Shown here in pieces: positions 1 through 9,873 of a stretch of DNA of 48,442 nt. The DNA lies in assembly GCA_030432735.1 (NCBI GenBank), contig JAUIMK010000003.1:1-48442 (forward strand). Reading direction: 5' to 3'. A program made the position numbers and the translations under genes. Position 1 is the first letter of the stretch; every line of letters begins with the position of its first letter. The DNA comes from a bacterium (lineage in GTDB: Bacteria > Myxococcota_A > UBA9160 > UBA4427). The notes beneath the pieces are model-generated. The model did no database searches and was not told the DNA's origin. It saw nothing but the letters and a program-made list of their open reading frames with translations.

Positions 1-1365
1 CCGCAATCGATCGATCGGATGAGGGGTCGCGTCCGCCAGCGCGGCGAAGCGCCGGGCCGCCTCTTCGTGGCGACCGAATCGATAGTCGCTCCAGCCGAGC
101 CGCCAGAGCGCCGCGCGCTTGTTGCCGTTGCCCTTGGGATCGTTCGCCAGGACTTCGAAATGCGCCCGGGCCTCGTCGTCGCGATCGCGCCCGTCGAGCA
201 GCAGCGCCGCGAAGTAGTGGGCGCGCATCTGATTCGAGCCGGGCTTCTTCGCGAGCTTCTCGAAGGCGGCGATGGACTCGGGGACCCGATCCGCCCGAGC
301 CAACGACCGCGCGGTCCAGATCGGCGTGTCCCCGGTCTGCGGCAAGGCGGCGAAGGCTTCGACCGCCTCCGGGTAGCGGCGCATCCGGAAGAGCGAGTGG
401 GCGCGCTGCTTGCGGGCGCGCCGCGCCTCGGAGTCGGGCAGGCCCATCGCGAGGGCGCGATCGTAGGCTTCGAGCGCCTCCTCGTTCATGCGCTCGCGGA
501 AGAGCCGGTCGGCTCGCCGGCGCCAGTCGCTCGCGCGCCGCAGCTTCTCGCCGAGATGCGCCTCGATCACGTCGAGGCGATGGCTCGCCTGCTTCGCCTC
601 CTCCGTCGCGGGATGGGCGTACCAGAGAAGGCGCCAGGTGACCCCCGCGGCGCGATCCTCGCCGGAGCGCTCCTCGCTTCGAGCGACCTTGCGCAGGAGC
701 GCGGCGCGCTGATCGTCGTCGTCCGTCGCCGAGAGCGCCGCAGCCCACGCCTCCCGGGCGCCGGCCTCGTCGCGCCCCCGCACGAGCGCCTCCCCGACCA
801 GCTCGTGAAGCGGGGCGCGCAGGGGCGAGTCGCTGAACTCGGACAGGGTGCGCGCCGCGATCTCGCGGGCTTCGGCGGCCCGGCCGCGGTCGAGATGGAG
901 CCGCGCACGGAGGAGCCCCGCGTGGTCGCCGACGATCGGGTGGCGTTGGCCGATCTGGGCGTAGAGCCAGTCCGCGTGGGCATAGTCCTCGGCCTCGACC
1001 GCCTCCGCCGCGGCCCGGAAGAGCGCCGCGGGATCGTCGAGCATCGCCTGGCTCTGCGCGCGCAGGACGGCGTCCGCAGGCGGCGTCGGAAGCCCGTCCC
1101 GAAGCGTCTCCGCCGGACGCTCCGACGTCCCGTCGGCGTCGGGCGTGGCCGGCGTCTCGTCCCCTGCGCGCGCCGGCGCGACGTTCTCCGGCGGCCGTCC
1201 CGACTCGAGGGGCGGCTGGACGCCGGCATCGACGCGCGCGAGCGACGCGCCGGGCAGCGCGACCGGCAGGGCGAACACCGAAGCGAGCGCGAGGACGAGC
1301 ATCCCCCGCCGGCGGACCCGCCGACCGACCTGCGTCTGCTCCGAATCCTGCCTCATCGTGACCAT
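1..1365 (-). CDS. Secreted TPR-repeat protein, probably the N-terminal part of an Slt70-like lytic transglycosylase (partial, runs off left edge)
   Basis: Frame read by hand (absent from the ORF track because it has no stop in the window). ATG at 1365, GAGGAG upstream, hydrophobic signal segment (MLVLALASVFALPVAL), TPR-like helices (EALEAYDRAL, RYPEAVEAFAAL, ALWRLGWSDYRFG). The catalytic SLT domain is not visible. Confidence 0.7.
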   Translation of the reverse strand, partial: MVTMRQDSEQTQVGRRVRRRGMLVLALASVFALPVALPGASLARVDAGVQPPLESGRPPENVAPARAGDETPATPDADGTSERPAETLRDGLPTPPADAVLRAQSQAMLDDPAALFRAAAEAVEAEDYAHADWLYAQIGQRHPIVGDHAGLLRARLHLDRGRAAEAREIAARTLSEFSDSPLRAPLHELVGEALVRGRDEAGAREAWAAALSATDDDDQRAALLRKVARSEERSGEDRAAGVTWRLLWYAHPATEEAKQASHRLDVIEAHLGEKLRRASDWRRRADRLFRERMNEEALEAYDRALAMGLPDSEARRARKQRAHSLFRMRRYPEAVEAFAALPQTGDTPIWTARSLARADRVPESIAAFEKLAKKPGSNQMRAHYFAALLLDGRDRDDEARAHFEVLANDPKGNGNKRAALWRLGWSDYRFGRHEEAARRFAALADATPHPIDRLR

Positions 1366-1405
1366 CCTCGCCGACTCCTCGTTCGCGGCCGCCACCGGAC
1401 CACCG

Positions 1406-1433
1406 AGTCTGGCCCGGGAAGCGGGGGTGTCAA
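1406..1433 (-). promoter_or_regulatory. Putative sigma70 promoter for the TPR/Slt-like gene
   Basis: Minus strand TTGACA-N16-CAGACT, about 40 nt upstream of the ATG. Confidence 0.5.
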
Positions 1434-1577
1434 TCGGACCGAATCCACACACGCGTCCGTTCGATCGACGGACGTCCGCGCGGACTGCGGCCCCCTGAAT
1501 GAGTGCCCCGCATTGAGGTGAAGGGCACGCAAAGTTAACGTTCCCCCGCTTTGCTTCCCCACCCGTTCCATTCCGCG

Positions 1578-2873
1578 ATGCGGAGGCCCCTCGTGGGGTT
1601 GGCAGGCCTGCTTGCCGGCCTCCTGCTGGCCTGCGCTCCCGATCCGCCCCCCCGCCCCGAGCCGCGGACGGTCGAGCCGACGCCCGGCCCGGTGGCGCGA
1701 GAAGCGGAAGCGCCGGCGCCGCACGCGCGCGGGCTGTGGATCCTCGCCGAAGGCAGCGAGCGGGTCCTCGATGCGCCGCGCGAGCGGCTCGGCCCCCTGC
1801 TCGATCGCGCCGCACGGCTCGGCGCGACGGAGCTCTACGTCCAGGTCTATCGCGGGGGGCGGGCCTTCTACGCAGCCGGGCCGGGGATCGAACGCAGCCC
1901 GGCGGTCGATGCGCTCGCGGCGGACGGCGTGGACGGACTCCGTCAGCTGCTCGACGGGGCACATGCCCGGGGCTTCCGCGTGCACGCCTGGGTGAACGTG
2001 CTGTCGCTCTCGACGCGGCGCGACGCGGCGCTGATCCAGCAGCTCGGGAGGGAGGCGATCCTGGTGGACCGGCAGGGTCGCTCGGTGCTCGACTATCCGG
2101 ACTTCGAGGTCCCGCAGCCCGACCGGCGCTACTACCGGATGGGGACGCGCGGGATCTATCTCGACCCGGCGGTGCCGGCGGTGCGCGACCGGCTGGTGGC
2201 GACCTTCGTCGACCTCTTGCGGCGCTACCCGGAGCTCGACGGCCTGCATCTCGACTACATCCGCCATCCGGGCGTCCTCCCCTTCGCCCCGGGCTCCCGC
2301 TTCGGGGTGGGCCTCGAGTTCGGCTACGGGGCGACCGCGCGCGCGCGCTATCGCGCCGAGACGGGGCGCCCCGATCCGATCGACGGCGCGGAGCCCGGCG
2401 TGGTTCGCAGCGCCAACGCCTGGGACGCCTGGCGGCGCGAGCAGGTCACCACGCTGGTCGACGCGATCGCCTCGAACGCCCGGGCGACCCGGCCGGGGCT
2501 CGAGGTCTCGGCGGCGGTGATCGCCTACGACGACCGTGCGTACCTCTCCCTCGCGCAGGACTGGCGGGGGTGGCTCCGCTCCGGAGCGCTCGATCGGGCG
2601 ATGCCGATGGCGTACACGCTCGACGACGCGCTGCTCCGCAACCAGCTCGAGAGCTTCGCCGGCTGGCCCTACGCCGAGCGCGTCTGGCCCGGTCTCGGCG
2701 TCTGGCTCTTCGACCACGACCCGGCGCGGGCCGTCGCCCAGCTCGATCGGCTGCGCGGGCTCGGGTTCGGCGGCGAAGTGCTCTTCTCCGACGACGCGAT
2801 CGCCGAGAGCCCGGCGCTCCTCGAAGCGCTCGCGGCGACGGCGCCGACGCGCGTCCCGGTGGCGCGACCGTGA
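1578..2873 (+). CDS. GHL10/DUF187 (YddW/DigH-like) glycoside hydrolase lipoprotein
   Basis: Lipobox LLLAC; motifs ARGLW, YVQVYRGG, HARGFRVHAWVN, YLDPAVPAVR, DGLHLDYIR, QDW, PMAY. Confidence 0.85.
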   Translation: MRRPLVGLAGLLAGLLLACAPDPPPRPEPRTVEPTPGPVAREAEAPAPHARGLWILAEGSERVLDAPRERLGPLLDRAARLGATELYVQVYRGGRAFYAAGPGIERSPAVDALAADGVDGLRQLLDGAHARGFRVHAWVNVLSLSTRRDAALIQQLGREAILVDRQGRSVLDYPDFEVPQPDRRYYRMGTRGIYLDPAVPAVRDRLVATFVDLLRRYPELDGLHLDYIRHPGVLPFAPGSRFGVGLEFGYGATARARYRAETGRPDPIDGAEPGVVRSANAWDAWRREQVTTLVDAIASNARATRPGLEVSAAVIAYDDRAYLSLAQDWRGWLRSGALDRAMPMAYTLDDALLRNQLESFAGWPYAERVWPGLGVWLFDHDPARAVAQLDRLRGLGFGGEVLFSDDAIAESPALLEALAATAPTRVPVARP

Positions 2874-2878
2874 GCGCG

Positions 2879-3985
2879 ATGACGTCCCGCGACGATCCCC
2901 TCGCGATCCTCGACGACTACGACTTCCCGCTGCCCGAGTCGTCCATCGCGCAGACGGCCCTCACCGAACGCGACGCCGCGCGGCTCCTGCTCCTCGACCG
3001 CGAGACCGGGACCCGGGAGGCGCGCGACCGGGACGTCCGGGTGCGGGACCTGCCGGACTGGCTTCGACCGGGGGATCTGCTCGTGGTGAACGCGACGCGC
3101 GTGCTCTCGGCGCGGCTGGTCGGACGCAAGGCGAGCGGCGGGTCCGCCGAGGCCCTCCTGCTCGGGGCGGATCCGGATCGGCCCGGTGCCCACCGCGCCC
3201 TCGTGAAATGCACCGGCCGGGTCCGCGAGGGTCTCGAGCTCGTGCTCGGACGCGGCGAGGGGCTCCCCGCCACCATCGAAGCGCTCCACGGTCGAGGGGA
3301 GGTCTCGCTTCGCTTCGCGCCGGGCGCGGATCCCTATGCGGAGGGCCAGGCGCCGCTGCCGCCCTATATCCGCCGCGACGGAGCCGAGGACGCCGACGCC
3401 GACCTGGCGCGCTACCAGACCGTCTACGCCCGGGAGCCCGGCGCGATCGCGGCGCCGACCGCCGGCCTCCACTTCACGCCGGCGCTCCTCGATGCCCTCG
3501 CGGACCGGGGAATCGAGCGAGCCGAGGTCGTCCTGCACGTCGGTGCCGGGACGTTTCGGCCGCTCGACGACGAGGCGATGACGACCGGGCGGCTGCACGA
3601 GGAGGCCTTCGAGCTGCCCGAGGCCACCGTCGACGCGATCGAGGCGACCCGGGCCCGCGGCGGGCGCGTCGTGGCGATCGGGACGACGACGGTGCGCGTC
3701 CTCGAGAGCCGCGTCGACGAAGACGGCCGACTCGAGGCCGGCCGGGGCACGACGCGGCTCTTCCTCCGGCCGGGCGGCGCGCCCTTCCGGGTCGTCGACG
3801 CCCTGCTGACCAACTTCCACCTGCCGCGCTCGTCGCTCCTGCTCCTGGTCGCGGCGTTCGTCGGCCGCGAGCCGATGCTCGAGGCCTACCACGAGGCGAT
3901 CGCCGAGGGCTTCCGGTTCTACTCGTACGGAGACGCCATGCTGATCGCCCCGGGACTGACCGACGCGTCGAGGGAACGTCGATGA
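2879..3985 (+). CDS. queA: S-adenosylmethionine:tRNA ribosyltransferase-isomerase
   Basis: DYDFPLP, PLPPYI, YQTVYA, AAPTAGLHF, LHVGAGTF, TNFHLPRS, FYSYGDAM. An alternative GTG at 2870 overlaps the upstream stop. Confidence 0.97.
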   Translation: MTSRDDPLAILDDYDFPLPESSIAQTALTERDAARLLLLDRETGTREARDRDVRVRDLPDWLRPGDLLVVNATRVLSARLVGRKASGGSAEALLLGADPDRPGAHRALVKCTGRVREGLELVLGRGEGLPATIEALHGRGEVSLRFAPGADPYAEGQAPLPPYIRRDGAEDADADLARYQTVYAREPGAIAAPTAGLHFTPALLDALADRGIERAEVVLHVGAGTFRPLDDEAMTTGRLHEEAFELPEATVDAIEATRARGGRVVAIGTTTVRVLESRVDEDGRLEAGRGTTRLFLRPGGAPFRVVDALLTNFHLPRSSLLLLVAAFVGREPMLEAYHEAIAEGFRFYSYGDAMLIAPGLTDASRERR

Positions 3986-5130
3986 GCGTGATCACCCGCG
4001 CGGAGGGCTTCGGCCTCGAGGTCCTCGATCGAGAAGGCGCCGCCCGGCGCGCCCGTCTCGTGACGCCCCACGGCGTGATCGAGACGCCGACCTTCATGCC
4101 CGTCGCGACCTACGGCGCCGTCCGCGGCGTGAGCTTCCAGGAGCTCGCCGAGGCCGGCGCCCAGATCCTGCTCTCGAACACGTACCACCTCCACGAACGA
4201 CCCGGTGAAGACACCGTCGCGTCCCTCGGCGGCCTGCACGGCTTCACCGGCTGGGACGGCCCGTGGCTCACGGACAGCGGGGGCTTCCAGGTCACGAGCC
4301 TCGCCGATCGCGCGAAGACCGACGAGACGGGCGTGACCTTCACGTCTCCGCTCGACGGCCGCCGCCGGCAGCTCACGCCCGAGAACACGATCGCGATCCA
4401 GGAGGCCCTCGGCTCCGACATCGCGATGGTGCTCGACGAGTGTCTGCCGATCGATCACGACGAGGCCGGACGGACGGCGACCCGCGAGATGCAGCGCGCG
4501 ATGGAACGCACGCTTCGCTGGGCCGAGCGGGCGCAGGCGGCCCGTCGCCGACGCGCCCAGGCGGTCTTCGCGATCGTCCAGGGCGGGGCCTCGGAGACGC
4601 TTCGCCGCGCGAGCGCCGAGTCGACCGCGCAGATCGAGTTCGACGGCTACGCCCACGGTGGCCTCGGCCTCGGCGAGAGCCGGGAGGAGCGCCGCGCCGC
4701 CGTGGCGACCGCGAACGCCGCGCTGCCCGACGATCGGCCGCGCTACCTGATGGGGCTCGGCCGTCCGATCGACCTGCTCGACGGGGTGGCCGCCGGCGTC
4801 GATCTCTTCGACTGCGTGGTGCCGACCCGCAACGGCCGCCACGGGCTCGTATTCACGTCCCAGGGCACGGTCAGCCTGCGCAACGCCGGCTACGCGCGGG
4901 ATCAGGACCCGATCGACCCGGCCTGTGCCTGCCCGGCCTGTCGCCACCACAGCCGCGGCTACCTGCGCCACCTAGTGAAGACCGGCGAGTCCCTGGGCCG
5001 CCGCCTCTCGGCGCTACACAATCTCACGTACTACCTCACGCTCCTGACCCAGGCCCGCGAAGCAATACGGGAAAACCGATTCGCGGCTCTCCACGCGGAC
5101 GTCGAGGCCATCGCCGACGTGCGCCTCTAG
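3982..5130 (+). CDS. tgt: tRNA-guanine transglycosylase
   Basis: TPTFMPVAT, NTYHL, TDSGGFQV, RYLMG, DLFDCVVPTRNGR, Zn site CACPAC...H; ATGA overlap with queA. Confidence 0.97.
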   Translation: MSVITRAEGFGLEVLDREGAARRARLVTPHGVIETPTFMPVATYGAVRGVSFQELAEAGAQILLSNTYHLHERPGEDTVASLGGLHGFTGWDGPWLTDSGGFQVTSLADRAKTDETGVTFTSPLDGRRRQLTPENTIAIQEALGSDIAMVLDECLPIDHDEAGRTATREMQRAMERTLRWAERAQAARRRRAQAVFAIVQGGASETLRRASAESTAQIEFDGYAHGGLGLGESREERRAAVATANAALPDDRPRYLMGLGRPIDLLDGVAAGVDLFDCVVPTRNGRHGLVFTSQGTVSLRNAGYARDQDPIDPACACPACRHHSRGYLRHLVKTGESLGRRLSALHNLTYYLTLLTQAREAIRENRFAALHADVEAIADVRL

Positions 5131-5215
5131 GGCGCTCGGCCGCGCGGCATCGCCGACCCGGCCGGTCGTCCGCGTCCCGGCCCGGGCGACTCGCCCCGGG
5201 TGCGCGGCGCACTGC

Positions 5216-5243
5216 TCAAGGCCTGCACACGCTTCGCCGATGG
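5216..5243 (+). promoter_or_regulatory. Putative sigma28 (FliA-type) promoter
   Basis: TCAAG-N15-GCCGATGG directly upstream of an MCP gene. Confidence 0.65.
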
Positions 5244-5251
5244 CCTTCCTG

Positions 5252-6955
5252 ATGGTGCATCGGGAATCTCCGCAGGCAGAAACGGGCGGCGCGCGCCGGA
5301 CGCCGTCGGCGATCAGACTCAGGGGGCGTCCGCGGGCGCTCGTCGCCAGCCTCGCGATCCTGGTCGTCGGGCTCGCCACCGCCCTCGCCGGCCTCCCGAG
5401 CGAGTGGATCACCCTGCTGCTGGCGGCGGCGATCTTCGAGGGCATCCGGCGCCTCGACGCGCAGCGCGCCCGTCTCGAAGACGCCCTCGCGCGCGTTTCG
5501 GACGACGCCTGCGACCTCGCGTTCACGAACGCAGCCGACCTCCCGGACCGCTGGCGCCGCGAGTGGCCCGCCCGCGCGACACGCCTCCGCCGGGCCGAGA
5601 CGCTGCTCTCCCGCGCAAGCGTCCTGCCTCCGCTCGTCGAGGAGCGCCTCGGCCGGTTGACCGACGCCGCGGATCGTCAGGAAGAGGCCATCGAGGAGAC
5701 CGCCTCGCTCGTCGCGAACATGCGCCAGTCGATGCGCGAGGTCGCCGACCAGGTGGACCACCTGCGCCAGTCCTCGGACCAGTCCGCTTCCTCGATCCAC
5801 CAGCTCGGACGATCGATCGATCAGGTCGCCGACGGCACCGCCTCCCTCCACGAGCGCGTCGAGGCCTCGACCAGCTCGGTCCACGAGATGAGCGCTTCGA
5901 TTCGTCAGGTCGCGACCAGCGCCGAGCAGGTCCAGGAGATGGCCGAGACCACGGCCGTCGCCGTGGGTCAGATGGATCGCTCGATCCAGGAGGTCTCGAA
6001 CCACGCCGTCGAGGCCGCGACCCTCACCGATCGCGCGCGCGAGGGCGCGACCGACGGGCACCGCGCCGTCCGGTCGACGATCGAGGACATCGAGCGGATC
6101 TCGACGCTCACGACCGACGCGATGGAGCGGCTCGACGGTCTCGTCAACCGCCTCGCCCAGATCGGCAGCATCCTCGGCGCGATCGACGAGATCAACGACG
6201 AGACGAACCTCCTCTCCCTGAACGCGGCGATCATCGCCGCGCAGGCCGGTGAGCAGGGCAAGGCCTTCCTGGTGGTCGCGAACCACGTGAAGACCCTCGC
6301 GCGACGCACCGCCTCCTCGACCCAGGACATCGAGCGCCTGATCGGCGCCATCCACGAAGAGTCGAGCCGTGCCGTCGACGCGATGCGTGCCGGGATCGAC
6401 GCCGTGCGCACCGGCGTGGAGCGCTCACAGGGCGCCGGTGCCGCCCTCGAGGCGATCCAGGAGGCGTGCAGCGAAGCCAGCGAGCGCGTCGCCGAGATCG
6501 CGCGCTCCACCGCCGAGCAGTCGCGCAACTCGAAGGGCGTCGCCGAATCGACGCAGCAGACCTCGGCCCAGATCCAGCAGATCTCACAGGCGATCGAGGA
6601 GCAGAGCCGGGCCAGCGAGTCGATGCTCGAGAACTCGGAGAGCGCCCTCGCCAGCTGCCTGTCCGTTCGCCGGGCCACCGACGAGCAACGCCAGACGAGC
6701 CGCCACATCACCGAGTCGATCGGCGGGATCAGCGAGTTGATCCGCGAGATCGGCCTCCGGGCGCGGACTCACGCCGAGGCCAGCGAGGCCACCGGCGAGA
6801 CCGTGACGCGCCTCCTCGAGAACGCGCAGGCGACCGTCGCTCACGCGGCGCCGCTCCGCGAGCTCTTCGACGAGCTGACGCCCGCCGCGTCTCCCGACGC
6901 TCCGCTTCCCAGCGAGGCCGAAGAAGAGGCCGACGCGCGGGCGGCTCGCGCCTAA
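5252..6955 (+). CDS. Methyl-accepting chemotaxis protein
   Basis: Two short N-terminal hydrophobic segments, long heptad coiled coils, signalling tip ETNLLSLNAAIIAAQAGEQGKAFLVVA. Start placed at 5252 because ATG 5240 lies inside the putative -10 box. Confidence 0.92.
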   Translation: MVHRESPQAETGGARRTPSAIRLRGRPRALVASLAILVVGLATALAGLPSEWITLLLAAAIFEGIRRLDAQRARLEDALARVSDDACDLAFTNAADLPDRWRREWPARATRLRRAETLLSRASVLPPLVEERLGRLTDAADRQEEAIEETASLVANMRQSMREVADQVDHLRQSSDQSASSIHQLGRSIDQVADGTASLHERVEASTSSVHEMSASIRQVATSAEQVQEMAETTAVAVGQMDRSIQEVSNHAVEAATLTDRAREGATDGHRAVRSTIEDIERISTLTTDAMERLDGLVNRLAQIGSILGAIDEINDETNLLSLNAAIIAAQAGEQGKAFLVVANHVKTLARRTASSTQDIERLIGAIHEESSRAVDAMRAGIDAVRTGVERSQGAGAALEAIQEACSEASERVAEIARSTAEQSRNSKGVAESTQQTSAQIQQISQAIEEQSRASESMLENSESALASCLSVRRATDEQRQTSRHITESIGGISELIREIGLRARTHAEASEATGETVTRLLENAQATVAHAAPLRELFDELTPAASPDAPLPSEAEEEADARAARA

Positions 6956-7908
6956 CGTCCCGCCGGCTGGAGGGCGACGGCGAAGCCGGCCCGCTCGGGC
7001 AGGGTCTTGCCGAGCGCGGCGGGCACGATCTCGAGTCGCTCCGCCTGCCGGGGCCAGAGCCGCGTCGCGAGTCGTGCGCGCAACGGAGCGAAGCAGAGCG
7101 CCTCGCCGGCGGCGACGGCGATCGTGCCGAGGACGATGCGGCGGGGCTCGAGCAGCATCACGATCGCCGCGATGCCCTGGGCGAGGTCGTCCAGCCAGCG
7201 GCCGAAGACTTCGTTCGCCCACGCGTCCCCGGACCGCGCCGCCTCCACCACGTGTTCCGGCAGGAGCGCCGCGGGGTCCCCGCCCGCGCGGACGACGGCG
7301 TCCGAGTCGGGCGGCGCGATCGTGCGCAGGTGATCCCGCCACGCGTTGCCCCCGGTGTACGCCTCGAGGCAGCCGCGGAGCCCGCACGCACAGACGCGCC
7401 CGTCCGGCACGATCGGCATGTGTCCGGGCTCCCCGGCAGCACCGAAGGCGCCGTGCACGAGACGGCCCCCGCTGATCACGCCCCCGCCGACGCCGGTCGA
7501 CATCGTCAGATAGACCAGGTCGTCGACGCCCTGCCCCGCGCCGAAGCGCGCCTCGGCCAGCGCCGCCGCATTCGCGTCGTTCTCGATCCGCGCGGGCACG
7601 CCGAGGGCGTCGGAGAGATGCGCGGCAACGGGGACATCGCGCCAGCCGGGCAGATTGGGGGGATTGATCAGCACCCCCGTCGCCGGATTGCAGGGCCCCG
7701 GCACCGAGACGCCGATGCGTGAGAGCGCGCTCGCCTCGAGCCCCGCCTCGTCCAGCAGGCCACGCGCCTCGTCGACCAGCCCGTCGAGGTCCGCCCGCCA
7801 ATCGCCGGAGAGCGCCATCGGCCGCCGCCGGGAGGCGCGGCTCCGGCCCTCGGCGTCGCCCACCGCGAGGACGACCTTGGTCCCTCCGATGTCGATTCCG
7901 AGCAGCAA
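6952..7908 (-). CDS. ROK family sugar kinase (glucokinase-like)
   Basis: GIDIGGTK, ENDANAAALAE, STGVGGG, GHM, CACGLRGCLEAY; TTG start after GGAGG. Confidence 0.93.
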   Translation of the reverse strand: MLLGIDIGGTKVVLAVGDAEGRSRASRRRPMALSGDWRADLDGLVDEARGLLDEAGLEASALSRIGVSVPGPCNPATGVLINPPNLPGWRDVPVAAHLSDALGVPARIENDANAAALAEARFGAGQGVDDLVYLTMSTGVGGGVISGGRLVHGAFGAAGEPGHMPIVPDGRVCACGLRGCLEAYTGGNAWRDHLRTIAPPDSDAVVRAGGDPAALLPEHVVEAARSGDAWANEVFGRWLDDLAQGIAAIVMLLEPRRIVLGTIAVAAGEALCFAPLRARLATRLWPRQAERLEIVPAALGKTLPERAGFAVALQPAGR

Positions 7909-7964
7909 CGCCGCTTCCTCCCCGGGCGCCGATGCCCTCCGGGGTCAAGCTATCACAATCACGC

Positions 7965-7992
7965 TGAAGAACCGCGCGGGTCGCGCCGATGA
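7965..7992 (+). promoter_or_regulatory. Putative sigma28-type promoter
   Basis: TGAAG-N15-GCCGATGA upstream of the lipoprotein/REC-PilZ genes. Confidence 0.55.
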
Positions 7993-8062
7993 GATTGGCA
8001 TTCACGCCCGGGCACCTGCAGCGGATGCTGCGTGTCCCCGGTCACATCCTCCGGAGATCCGC

Positions 8063-8530
8063 ATGACGTCGACCGTCGCCTTCCGCCTCCCGGCCCGCGC
8101 CCTGGCTCTGATCGGCCTGTCCGCTCTCGTCCTCGCGAGCACCGGCTGCGCCTTCGGCGAGTTCCGTCCGACGGACCCCTTCGACCGCCAGCTGAGCCTC
8201 GACCAGGCCCAGCACCGCTACACGGTCCTCGTACGCTTCTCCGACTTCACGCGCGCCCGCGCCTTCGTCGCCGAGGACCATCGCGACGCGTTCGCGCAGC
8301 GCATGAAGGCGCTCGATGAGGCGCGCTTCACCGACTACGAGTCGGAGAGCGTGGAGCTCGACGCGGAGAAGGAGAAGGCGACCGTGCGCGTGACCTACAC
8401 GATCTACACGCCGGCGCTGCCCTACGAGGTCGAGGTCGCGGAGATCCAGGAATGGAGCCGCGACGGGATCGGCAACAACTGGCGCGTCGTCTCGACCTTC
8501 GAAGGTCTCCAGCAGATCGTCGCGAACTGA
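8063..8530 (+). CDS. Hypothetical lipoprotein
   Basis: GGAG SD; signal peptide ending LASTGC; globular composition and GC3-rich codons. Confidence 0.8.
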   Translation: MTSTVAFRLPARALALIGLSALVLASTGCAFGEFRPTDPFDRQLSLDQAQHRYTVLVRFSDFTRARAFVAEDHRDAFAQRMKALDEARFTDYESESVELDAEKEKATVRVTYTIYTPALPYEVEVAEIQEWSRDGIGNNWRVVSTFEGLQQIVAN

Positions 8531-8565
8531 AGAACGAAAACCACACCGCCCCCGCAGTGACGCTC

Positions 8566-9276
8566 ATGTCGAACACCTCGCGCATCCTGCTGATCGACGA
8601 CGTCCCGATGTTCCGGGAGCTCGGCCAGATCTTCCTGTCGCGGAGCGGCCCGGTCGATCTCGCCGATTCCGGCTCCGCCGCGTTCCAGAGCGCAGACGAA
8701 CGGCCGCCTACGGTCGTGATCGCGGACATGCACCTCCCCGACATCGAAGGCGCCGAGCTCTGCCGTCGCTTCAAGACCCACCCCGGCTGGGGCTGTCCGC
8801 GCGTCGTGCTGCTCGCGCGCCCCCACGCGCCCGAGGACCACGCCGAAGCCGTCCGCGCCGGTGCCGACGACGTGCTCTTCAAGCCCCTCGAGCGGGACAG
8901 CCTGATCAGCGCCGTGCGTCGCCTCGTCGACTTCGACACGCCGCGCGGGCTGCCGCGTGCCCGGATCACCGAGCGCGTCGAGATCACGACCCGCGGCCGC
9001 CAGATCGAAGGCACGCTTCGCAACGTGAGTCGCGGCGGCGTCTTCGTCGATGCCGCGCTGCAGATGAATCCCGCCGAGGAGGTCTCGCTCTCCTTCAGCC
9101 TCGACGGCAACGGATCGGTCGTCGCCCCGACCGCGCGTGTGGTCTGGGCCGAGCACGGCGAGAACGGTGTGGATCACGTCGGTCTCCGCTTCCTGGAGAT
9201 CGACGCGCAGACCGTCGAACGCATCGACCACTACGTGAGCGACCACTTCCCGCGCACGACGAGCCTGCCCGCGTAG
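8566..9276 (+). CDS. Response regulator receiver-PilZ domain protein
   Basis: REC motifs LLIDD, VVIADM, FKP; PilZ motifs RGLPR (RxxxR) and NVSRGG (D/NxSxxG), C-terminal GLRF. Confidence 0.9.
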   Translation: MSNTSRILLIDDVPMFRELGQIFLSRSGPVDLADSGSAAFQSADERPPTVVIADMHLPDIEGAELCRRFKTHPGWGCPRVVLLARPHAPEDHAEAVRAGADDVLFKPLERDSLISAVRRLVDFDTPRGLPRARITERVEITTRGRQIEGTLRNVSRGGVFVDAALQMNPAEEVSLSFSLDGNGSVVAPTARVVWAEHGENGVDHVGLRFLEIDAQTVERIDHYVSDHFPRTTSLPA

Positions 9277-9307
9277 GCTCGTCGCGCGCCCGCCGCAGGA
9301 GATTCCC

Positions 9308-9766
9308 ATGACTCGTACGCATCGCACCGGCCGCCGCGCGGCCGCCGAAGCCCTCGCCTTCGCCCTCGCCTTCACGGCCGGGCTCGCGCTCGCGGAGACC
9401 GAAGAGGAGATCCTCGCCAAGCGGACGCAGTGGCAGGAACGCTACCGGGTCGCGCTCACCAACCGCGAGATCCTGAAGGAGAACATCGCGAAGCTGCGCC
9501 ACAACTACGCCCAGGCCCAGCGACGCAACTATCCGCGCGGCGGTGCACGCGAAGCGTTCCTGACCAAGGCGCGCGAGCAGGAAGTCCTGCTCGAGGAGAC
9601 CGAGCAGGAGATCGTCGAGATCCGCGCGGAGGCGCGCGCCGCGAGCATCCCGCCCGGCTGGCTCGCGGAGGTCGAGGACGAGGACATCGTCGCGCCGGCG
9701 GCTCCGGCCGAAGACGAAGAGATCGATCGCGAAGGGCGGAACCCGCTCTACCTCGACGACGAGTAA
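9308..9766 (+). CDS. Secreted coiled-coil hypothetical protein
   Basis: AGGAG SD, signal peptide ending ALA, helical charged body, acidic tail. Confidence 0.75.
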   Translation: MTRTHRTGRRAAAEALAFALAFTAGLALAETEEEILAKRTQWQERYRVALTNREILKENIAKLRHNYAQAQRRNYPRGGAREAFLTKAREQEVLLEETEQEIVEIRAEARAASIPPGWLAEVEDEDIVAPAAPAEDEEIDREGRNPLYLDDE

Positions 9767-9830
9767 CGGACGAAGCGGAGCGCGACGCGCTTCACGCGAG
9801 CGCCGCACGTCGGGCCGGATCAGGCAGGCG

Positions 9831-9862
9831 ACGTCCCGCGGAGGCGAGCCTCCACGGGACGT
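9831..9862. terminator. Hairpin between convergent genes (possible bidirectional terminator)
   Basis: ACGTCCCG-C-GGAGG / CGAG loop / CCTCC-A-CGGGACGT; no strong U-tract. Confidence 0.5.
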
Positions 9863-9873
9863 GCCCATTCGAC

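Noticed and set aside
1522-1540. Sigma54 promoter (GGCACG...)
   Set aside because: The -12 TTGC element is missing (TTAA instead)
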